Below are positions 32,109 through 38,236 of a stretch of DNA of 38,236 bases, piece by piece. A program made the translations under genes and the position numbers. Every line of letters begins with the position of its first letter. The first letter of the stretch is position 1. The stretch lies in contig CAZCDM010000002.1 of NCBI GenBank assembly GCA_964497475.1, forward strand, positions 1 through 38,236, written 5' to 3'. This DNA comes from an uncultured Planctomycetaceae bacterium. Lineage in GTDB: Bacteria > Planctomycetota > Phycisphaerae > SM23-33. The notes below the pieces were generated by a model, which was given only the letters and a program-made list of their open reading frames with translations, was not told the DNA's origin and did no database searches.

Positions 32109-33806
32109 TTGGCCCCCTGGCCGCTGCACATCGGGCGTTCGTTCGAGCATGCCCGCCGGTACCGTCACATCATGGCGGTGCTGATGAAGTATGGCTTTTC
32201 GGAGGTGGTCTCGCGACTGCACCGCAGCGTGATCGGCCGATTCGGAAAACGGTCGGTCCCTCGGCGGGTTCGCTCGGCCGACGGCAGCAAGCACACTACG
32301 CCCGAGCGCGTGCGGATGGCGCTGGAAGAGCTCGGCCCGACGTTCATCAAGCTCGGCCAGCTGCTCAGCACCAGGCCCGACCTGATCCCGCCGGAGTACG
32401 TCGAGGAACTCACCAAACTGCAGGACCAGGTTCCGCCGGAGAAGTTCGCCCGCATCAGGGCGGTGCTGGAAGAGGACCTCGGCCAGACCATCGGCGAGGT
32501 GTTCGTCGAGTTTGACGATCAGTGTATTGCCGCCGGCAGCATTGCCCAGGTGCACCGGGCCGTTCTGCCCGGCGGGCGCGTGGTGGTCGTGAAGGTCACT
32601 CGCCCGGGGATTCAGGAGCGTCTCGCCTTTGAGTGCGACATGCTCAAGAGCTTGGCCGACTGGCTGGGCACGGTCAACGATGCCTCGGGCAAGATCGACC
32701 TGCCCCGCATGGCCCGCGAGTTCACCGAGGCCGTCTCGCTGGAAGTCGACATGACCGTCGAGCGACGGAATCTCCAGCAGTTCGGCCGGAATTTTAAGGA
32801 CGATCCGACGGTTCACGTTCCGGAGGTGGTGCCGGAGTTTTGCACCAAGCGGGTGCTGGCCATGGAATACATTGACGGGATCAAGCCTCGCAGCCGCGAG
32901 TCGATGATCGCGGCCGGGCTCGATCCGCAGGTACTGGCCAGCCGCGGGGCCGACTTCGTGCTCAAGCAGATTTTCGAGTATGGGCTGTTTCACTCCGATC
33001 CGCATCCGGGCAATATGTTGATGCTGGATGGAAATATCGTCGTGCCGATCGACTTCGGCCAGGTGGCCCGGCTGCGCAGTGGCGACCGCGAGCTGCTCAG
33101 CGAGCTGGTTCTGGGCATCGTCGACCATGACGTGGATGCGGTTTTGCATGCCTTCCGCACAGCCGAGCTGCTCGACGACGAGACCGATACGCACGAGCTG
33201 GCTGCCGACGCCGAGGAGCTCATCGACCGCTACTACAACCTGCCGCTGGAGGAAATTCCCCTGCGAGAGGTGATCAACGAGATGTTCTCGCTGATCCGCA
33301 AGCACGAGATCAAACCGCCCGCCCAGTTCACGCTGATGCTCAAGAGCCTCATGACCATCGAGACGTTGGCGGTGACACTCGATCCGCAGTTCGATACGAT
33401 CGAAGCCCTCAAGCCATTCGCCCGGCGGTTTCGCCTGCAGCAGCTTGACCCGCGTCAGTACATCGGGCAGATCCGCTCGGCCTTGCGCGAGACGGCACAG
33501 TTTGCCGGGCGGTTCCCTGAAGATGCCCGTGCGATTATCCGCAAGGTCCGCAAAGGCGACTTCCAGCTGCGGGTGCACCACGAGCATCTCGAAGCCCTGG
33601 TCAGCACGCTGGACAAGAGTTCCAACCGCATCAGTTTTGCGGTGATTATCGCAGCTCTGCTGGTGGCCAGCAGTATGCTCACGCCGCAGGAAGGGCTGGT
33701 GCTGGGGTTCATCCCGCTGCAGATTATGGGTGTGGTGGGCTACTGCGTGGCGGCGGTGATGGGCGTCTGGCTACTGATTTCGATTCTTCGCGGCCGCCAT
33801 TTCTAG
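32109..33806 (+). CDS. ubiB: ABC1/UbiB-family atypical protein kinase with C-terminal TM helices
   Basis: ORF 31971..33806. TTG 32109 directly follows the upstream stop, and ATG 32171 is an alternative start. Motifs: ELGPTFIKLGQLLSTRPDLIPPEYVEEL, AAGSIAQVHRAVLPGGRVVVVKVTRPGI, FHSDPHPGNMLM, IDFGQV. Two C-terminal hydrophobic helices are present. Confidence 0.85.
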   Translation: MAPWPLHIGRSFEHARRYRHIMAVLMKYGFSEVVSRLHRSVIGRFGKRSVPRRVRSADGSKHTTPERVRMALEELGPTFIKLGQLLSTRPDLIPPEYVEELTKLQDQVPPEKFARIRAVLEEDLGQTIGEVFVEFDDQCIAAGSIAQVHRAVLPGGRVVVVKVTRPGIQERLAFECDMLKSLADWLGTVNDASGKIDLPRMAREFTEAVSLEVDMTVERRNLQQFGRNFKDDPTVHVPEVVPEFCTKRVLAMEYIDGIKPRSRESMIAAGLDPQVLASRGADFVLKQIFEYGLFHSDPHPGNMLMLDGNIVVPIDFGQVARLRSGDRELLSELVLGIVDHDVDAVLHAFRTAELLDDETDTHELAADAEELIDRYYNLPLEEIPLREVINEMFSLIRKHEIKPPAQFTLMLKSLMTIETLAVTLDPQFDTIEALKPFARRFRLQQLDPRQYIGQIRSALRETAQFAGRFPEDARAIIRKVRKGDFQLRVHHEHLEALVSTLDKSSNRISFAVIIAALLVASSMLTPQEGLVLGFIPLQIMGVVGYCVAAVMGVWLLISILRGRHF

Positions 33807-33818
33807 CGGCCTGGACGA

Positions 33819-34865
33819 TCAGTTGTAGAAGGTCGCGTATCGTTCCATGGCATCGAGCACGGCGGTGATGTTGTTGTGTGGCGTGCCGGGGTAGATGCCA
33901 TGGAACATCATCAGCCCGCCCTCGGGGCGGCCGATGGTTTCGACGGCGTGGCGGATGTGGTCGTCGATCTGCTGCGGGGTTCCGTTGACGGTGATGCTCT
34001 GGCGGTCGATGTCCAGGTCAATGGCGACGCGGCCGCCGTAGGTCTTGGCGATCCAGTCGATACCGTTAACGAGGTCCTGGAGGTTGAGGACTTCCACGCC
34101 GCCTTCGATGAGATCCTCGGCGAGGGTACGGATGTCACCATCGGAGTGCATGTGAATGATGCAGCCGGCCTTGCGTGCCGGGGCAATCAGTCGCTGGTAG
34201 CTGGGCTTGATCCACTTGCGGAACTGGTCTGGTGATAGCATCGGGCCGACCTGCATGCCGAGATCTTCGGGGTATCCGATCCATTGAGCCTCGCGGGACA
34301 GGGCGTTTTGTACGAGGTGGAGATTGAACCCCTCGACGATTTCGATCAGGTTCCAGAGGCGTTTCTCGTCGTCGGCCATGTCCATCAGCAGGTTCACATA
34401 GCCGCGGAGGTCGCAGAGTCGCAGGAAGGTATGGCCGTGGTCAAGCCCCGCACTGAAGGTGGGGTTGCGCAGCTCGGATTCGTCGGTCTCGTAGAAGGTC
34501 TTGCCATTGCTTTTTCGCGGGTCGGGCGGGGTCCAGCTGTCAAAGGCATCCCATGATTCCAGCGGATGCTTGACCACCGTGCCGGTGATGCCCTCAATGG
34601 AGCTTTCCCACACGCAGCCCCAGGGGTCGGTGTAGGGCTGGCCCACCTGCTGGTAGGGGTGGGATGTCGGCCGGGCCGGGCCGGTGGAGGGGTCGTAGCT
34701 GGGAAAAAGCATCGGGTGCGATTCCATCCACTCGCCAATGGCGTCGTGGGGGTAGGCGTCCCAGCAGGAGCCATTGAAGCAGGCCCGGGCGGGGATGTAG
34801 TCCGGCCGATCAAATCGAACAGCCTTGATGATGTTGATCTCGGTGTCAGTGAGCGGGAATGGCAT
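33819..34865 (-). CDS. Uroporphyrinogen decarboxylase (URO-D) family protein; MtaA/CmuA-like paralogue of unknown substrate
   Basis: ORF 33819..34907; the likely start is ATG 34865 (MPFPLTDTE). The C-terminal TIM-barrel-like region is GCIIHMHSDGDIRTLAEDLIEGGVEVLNLQD...GGRVAIDLDIDRQ...GGLMMFHGIYPGTP. The family call is by eye only. Confidence 0.5.
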   Translation of the reverse strand: MPFPLTDTEINIIKAVRFDRPDYIPARACFNGSCWDAYPHDAIGEWMESHPMLFPSYDPSTGPARPTSHPYQQVGQPYTDPWGCVWESSIEGITGTVVKHPLESWDAFDSWTPPDPRKSNGKTFYETDESELRNPTFSAGLDHGHTFLRLCDLRGYVNLLMDMADDEKRLWNLIEIVEGFNLHLVQNALSREAQWIGYPEDLGMQVGPMLSPDQFRKWIKPSYQRLIAPARKAGCIIHMHSDGDIRTLAEDLIEGGVEVLNLQDLVNGIDWIAKTYGGRVAIDLDIDRQSITVNGTPQQIDDHIRHAVETIGRPEGGLMMFHGIYPGTPHNNITAVLDAMERYATFYN

Positions 34866-34951
34866 GGCGGAACCTTTCAGGTGCTTGCGTGCGAATGGCA
34901 CGAGCATAGCAGGCTTTCGGCCGATTGGGTAGGGGCCCGTTGCCGTGAGGG

Positions 34952-35737
34952 TCAGGCCTGGCCGGCCTGATCGATGCCGAAGAGGTTGGACGTCTCGCGT
35001 GAGACATAGCTGCCCTCGGAAAACTCGGTTTCAATGTCCAGCCCGCGGATGATGACATGGCGGACGAAGACCCGCACGAGTGCGGCGGTCTTACGGAGGT
35101 AGTCGGCCGGGTGGGGCGTGGGTGGTTCGACGAGGCCGAACATGTCCATCCCGCGGCCGGGGTTGCGGTACTGCTGGAGGACGTAGCGGTCGGCGCCGTG
35201 GATCCGCCGGCCGATGCGGAGGATGTCGGCCGTCGTCAGCTCCGGGGCGAAGGTCGTGCGGAACTCATAGGCGATGGGGTTGGCCATCAGCAGGTTGATC
35301 GTTTCGTTGACGGCGTCGATATCGACGGGGGTTTTGCAGATGGCTTCGTACTTCTGGAAGGGGGCCTTGATGTCCATGGCCACGAAGTCGACGAGTTGGC
35401 GCTCGATGAGGTCGCGGATGACCCAGGGTCGCGTTCCGTTGGTGTCGACTTTGACCAGCAGGCCGAGGTCTTTGATGCGGGCACAGTACTCGGCGAGGTC
35501 TTTCTGGAGGGTCGGGCAGCCGCCGGTGATGGTCACGGCATCGAGGAAGTCAGCCCGCTCGGCCAGCAGGGCCAGGACGTCATCGGGGTCGTGGGTGGTA
35601 TCGGATTCGCCGGGGGCGAGGAGCTGGCGGTTGTGGCAGTACCAGCAGTCGAGGTTGCAGCCGGGCGTGAAGAGCACGGCGGCCATCTTGCCGGGAAAAT
35701 CAACGAAGGATGTTGGTTCCAGTCCTGCGATTCGCAT
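34952..35737 (-). CDS. nrdG: Anaerobic ribonucleoside-triphosphate reductase activating protein (radical SAM)
   Basis: MRIAGLEPTSFVDFPGKMAAVLFTPGCNLDCWYCHNRQL carries the CxxxCxxC cluster motif. GGCPTL is also present. It lies 77 nt downstream of nrdD on the same strand. Confidence 0.85.
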   Translation of the reverse strand: MRIAGLEPTSFVDFPGKMAAVLFTPGCNLDCWYCHNRQLLAPGESDTTHDPDDVLALLAERADFLDAVTITGGCPTLQKDLAEYCARIKDLGLLVKVDTNGTRPWVIRDLIERQLVDFVAMDIKAPFQKYEAICKTPVDIDAVNETINLLMANPIAYEFRTTFAPELTTADILRIGRRIHGADRYVLQQYRNPGRGMDMFGLVEPPTPHPADYLRKTAALVRVFVRHVIIRGLDIETEFSEGSYVSRETSNLFGIDQAGQA

Positions 35738-35814
35738 CGTATTGGGGGGAGTTGGCAGAAGGCAGTGGGCGTTTTACAAAAGCCAATCCGCCTGCTGTGT
35801 TCTGGCTGCTGTTG

Positions 35815-37905
35815 TTATCCAACCACTTCGGGCATGGCGTATTTTTTTCGTTCGAAGTACTCGGCCTTCTTACCAGCGTTGTAGTTTTCCACCGGGCGGA
35901 GGTAGCCGGTCACGCGGGACCAGACCTCGCAGGTGGACTGACACTCGGGGCAGTTGAAATGCTCGCCGGCGATGTAGCCGTGGGTGTTGCAGATGCTGAA
36001 GGTCGGCGTGATCGAGACGTAGGGAAGCTGATAGCGGGTGAAGATTTTCTGCAGGAGCTTCTTGCAGACTTCGGGGCTGTCGATCTTCTGGCCGAGGTAC
36101 AAGTGGAGGACCGTGCCGCCGGTGTAGAGGCATTGCAGTTCGTCCTGGTTTTCGAGCACGGTGAAGAGGTCGTCGGTGTAGCCGACGGGCATTTGCGTGG
36201 AGTTGGTGTAGTAGGGGGTGTCGGTGCCGGCGCAGATGATGTCGGGATATCGCTGCCGGTCCAGCCGGGCAAGGCGATGGCTCGTACCTTCGGCGGGCGT
36301 GGCTTCGAGGTTGTAGAAGTGGCCGGTCTCTTCCTGGACGGCCTGCATGACGTCGCGCATATGGTGCATGAGTTCGACGGCGAAGTTGCGTCCCTCGGCC
36401 GAGACGATATCACAGCCGAGGAAGTTCAGCAGGGCTTCGTTCATGCCGACGATGCCGATGGTGTTGAAGTGGTTGGTCCAGTACTCGCCGGTGCGCTGCT
36501 TGACGTGTCGCAGGTAAAACTTGCTGTAGGGGTACAGGCCGTTCTCGGTCTGCTCCTCGATGATCTTGCGTTTGATCTCCAGCTGCGTCTTGCCGACGTG
36601 GATCAGCTCGGTGACGCGGTCGAGGAATTCCTGCCTGGTCCGGGCCTGGTAGCCGATGCGCGGCAGGTTGATGGTGAACACGCCGATGCTGCCTGTCAGC
36701 GGGTTCGAGCCGAAGAGCCCGCCGCCGCGTTTGCGCAGTTCGGTGGTGTCCAGCCGGAGGCGGCAGCACATGCTGACGGCGTCGTCGGGGGACAGGTCGG
36801 AGTTGACGTAGTTGGCGAAGTACGGGATGCCGTACTTGGCGGTGGTTTGCATGAAGGCGTCGACGCTGGGGCTGTTCCAGTCGAAGTCGCGGCTGACGTT
36901 GATCGTCGGGATGGGGAAGGTGAAGACGCGGCCCTTGGAGTCGCCCTCCATCATCACCTCGCAGAAGGCCTTGTTGAACAGGTCCATCTCGTCCTGGAAG
37001 TCGCCGTAGTTGGCGTCCATGATCTCGCCGCCGATGATGACGGCCTGGTCTTTGAGGGTGTTGGGGACGGTCAGGTCGAAGGTGAGATTGCTGAAGGGGC
37101 ACTGGAAGCCGACGCGCGTCGGGACATTGATGTTGAAGACGAACTCCTGCAGGGCCTGCTTGACCTGCTCGTAGGAGAGCTTGTCGTAGCGGAGGAACGG
37201 GGCGCAGTAGGTGTCGAAGCTGCTCCAGGCCTGGGCACCGGCCGACTCGCCCTGGGTGGTGAAGGTGGAGTTGATGATCTGCCCGAGGAAGCTCCGCAGA
37301 TGCTTGGCGGGCTTGGACTCGCACTTGCCGGCCACGCCGCCGAAGCCGTCGACGAGCAGCTGGCGGAGGTCCCAGCCCGCGCAGTAGGGCCCGAGGAAGC
37401 CGAGGTCGTGAATGTGGGCGGCGCCCGATTCGTGGGCCTTGCGGACCTCGTCGGGGTAGACCTCGTACAGCCAGTAGTTCTTTGTGAAGAACTCGCGGAC
37501 GTAGTTGTTGAGCCCGTTGATGGACTTCTGGGTGTTGGCGTTTTCCTTGGCCTTCCAGTCGCGGTCTTCGAGGTAGTCGCCGAACATCTCGATCGTCGCG
37601 CCGATCAGGGCGTTCATCTGGCGGGCGCCTTTTCGCTTCTCGCGATAGAGGATGAACGCCTTGGCTGTCCGGGCGTGGCCGTTCTCGATGAGGACCTTCT
37701 CGATGATGTCCTGGACTTCTTCGATATCCGGCTCGCGCTGGCCGATGCGTTCTGCCGCGATGTCGAGCACTTCGCGGCAGAGCGATTCTGCCTTTGCGAA
37801 ATTGTCTCCCCCGCAAGCGACGGCGGCCTTGTAGATGGCCCGGGTTATTTTCTCAGGCTGAAAAGTGACAACCTGTCCATCACGCTTTCGAATCCGTTCG
37901 AACAT
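35815..37905 (-). CDS. nrdD: Anaerobic ribonucleoside-triphosphate reductase (class III)
   Basis: ORF 35815..37998; the likely start is ATG 37905, with a ggag RBS at about 37913-37916 on the minus strand. It begins with an N-terminal ATP-cone (MFERIRKRDGQVVTFQPEKITRAIYKA). The C-terminal Zn ribbon is CNTHGY...CPECQ. The glycyl-radical motif is SRVTGYLRPV, with the Gly codon at 35905-35907. Confidence 0.93.
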   Translation of the reverse strand: MFERIRKRDGQVVTFQPEKITRAIYKAAVACGGDNFAKAESLCREVLDIAAERIGQREPDIEEVQDIIEKVLIENGHARTAKAFILYREKRKGARQMNALIGATIEMFGDYLEDRDWKAKENANTQKSINGLNNYVREFFTKNYWLYEVYPDEVRKAHESGAAHIHDLGFLGPYCAGWDLRQLLVDGFGGVAGKCESKPAKHLRSFLGQIINSTFTTQGESAGAQAWSSFDTYCAPFLRYDKLSYEQVKQALQEFVFNINVPTRVGFQCPFSNLTFDLTVPNTLKDQAVIIGGEIMDANYGDFQDEMDLFNKAFCEVMMEGDSKGRVFTFPIPTINVSRDFDWNSPSVDAFMQTTAKYGIPYFANYVNSDLSPDDAVSMCCRLRLDTTELRKRGGGLFGSNPLTGSIGVFTINLPRIGYQARTRQEFLDRVTELIHVGKTQLEIKRKIIEEQTENGLYPYSKFYLRHVKQRTGEYWTNHFNTIGIVGMNEALLNFLGCDIVSAEGRNFAVELMHHMRDVMQAVQEETGHFYNLEATPAEGTSHRLARLDRQRYPDIICAGTDTPYYTNSTQMPVGYTDDLFTVLENQDELQCLYTGGTVLHLYLGQKIDSPEVCKKLLQKIFTRYQLPYVSITPTFSICNTHGYIAGEHFNCPECQSTCEVWSRVTGYLRPVENYNAGKKAEYFERKKYAMPEVVG

Positions 37906-38075
37906 AGCATGCTCCTTCACGCAGCCTGACGATCCCAGTGTGTTGCGGAAATCCCTGCCCGACCGATGGCTGCTGCCAGCGTGCCCAAAGGCCGCCAAGT
38001 CACCCGTCCAAGCAGTCGGAGACGACGCAGCACATACAACTCATCGGCTGAATCCTGTCATCCCCGACAAGTAAA

Positions 38076-38124
38076 ACACTATATGGGGGGTATCGCACAA
38101 CTGCAACCACAAAATATAGATTTT
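38076..38124. promoter_or_regulatory. Candidate tandem NrdR boxes upstream of nrdD
   Basis: acactatatggggggt (38076-38091) matches about 12/16 of the NrdR consensus acaCwAtATaTwGtgt as I remember it. A weaker second site, acaaaatatagatttt (38109-38124), starts 33 bp away. The second box and the spacing are imperfect. Confidence 0.3.
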
Positions 38125-38185
38125 GATAATATTAGCGTAACCGAATCTGAATGCGTGGTTAAGCCGTTGTTTTTCAATAGTATAT

Positions 38186-38204
38186 GAACCTGTTGCACAA
38201 TTCC
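38186..38204. repeat. Inverted copy of the 19-nt left-end motif, upstream of nrdD
   Basis: gaacctgttgcacaattcc is the exact reverse complement of 36-54. With flanks (35-58 against 38182-38205) the match is 23/24. It lies about 280 nt upstream of the nrdD start and is oriented toward nrdD. Confidence 0.8.
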
Positions 38205-38236
38205 ATTTTAACAAATGAATATTGCTGCAAGGTTGG

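Noticed and set aside
35710-37929. A 739-aa plus-strand ORF opposite nrdD. Similar antisense ORFs are 2116..3825 (opposite gspE), 8441..10378 (opposite gspL), 22363..23757 (opposite proB), 24872..26152 (opposite ilvC), 27279..28667, 30451..31710 and 32070..33587.
   Set aside because: The same reasoning applies. The opposite strand in each case encodes a protein with unambiguous family motifs, and the antisense translations are repetitive and featureless.
38121-38136. A Fur-box-like string ttttgataatattagc upstream of nrdD.
   Set aside because: Only one half-site (tgataat) matches. The second half is out of register with the 7-1-7 Fur consensus. AT-rich leaders give such partial matches by chance.

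Overview
All calls come from reading the sequence and the ORF translations by eye; no searches were run. This is a visibly GC-rich bacterial chromosomal segment with AT-richer intergenic ends. The gene content tentatively suggests an anaerobic or microaerophilic Planctomycetota-like organism (taxonomy is inference only). About 20 kb (2242..22354, + strand) is one tightly packed, translationally coupled type II secretion-like operon. Its order is gspE, gspF, five pseudopilins (G, H, I, J, K), a PilM/PilN-like GspL, a GspM-like protein with a GspC-HR/PilP-like C-terminus, a gigantic secretin, and a small lipoprotein. The secretin is the outstanding feature: one uninterrupted ORF of about 3,470 codons (11484..21896, 27% of the window). 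It has a signal peptide, a Pro/Ala/Gln linker, an N0-like domain, about 37 diverged tandem secretin N-domain-like modules by eye, then a canonical secretin core and a tail. Canonical GspD has N0-N3 only. Upstream lie a membrane-anchored Hpt protein and a secreted protein with nine EF-hand loops, divergent from gspE. Downstream are housekeeping genes (proB, waaA, ilvC) and a TIGR02757-like gene. Next comes an anaerobe-style metal and oxygen-detoxification cluster: a permease with an HMA domain, a membrane-anchored thioredoxin-Tpx fusion, desulfoferrodoxin, ferritin and a flavodiiron protein. After that come a phasin-like gene with a UbiB-family kinase, and on the minus strand a URO-D-family gene and nrdG-nrdD. 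A perfect 19-bp motif sits inverted at the two ends of the window, in each case upstream of and oriented toward the flanking gene. No rRNA, tRNA, CRISPR array or transposase was seen. The many long antisense ORFs look like GC-driven artefacts.
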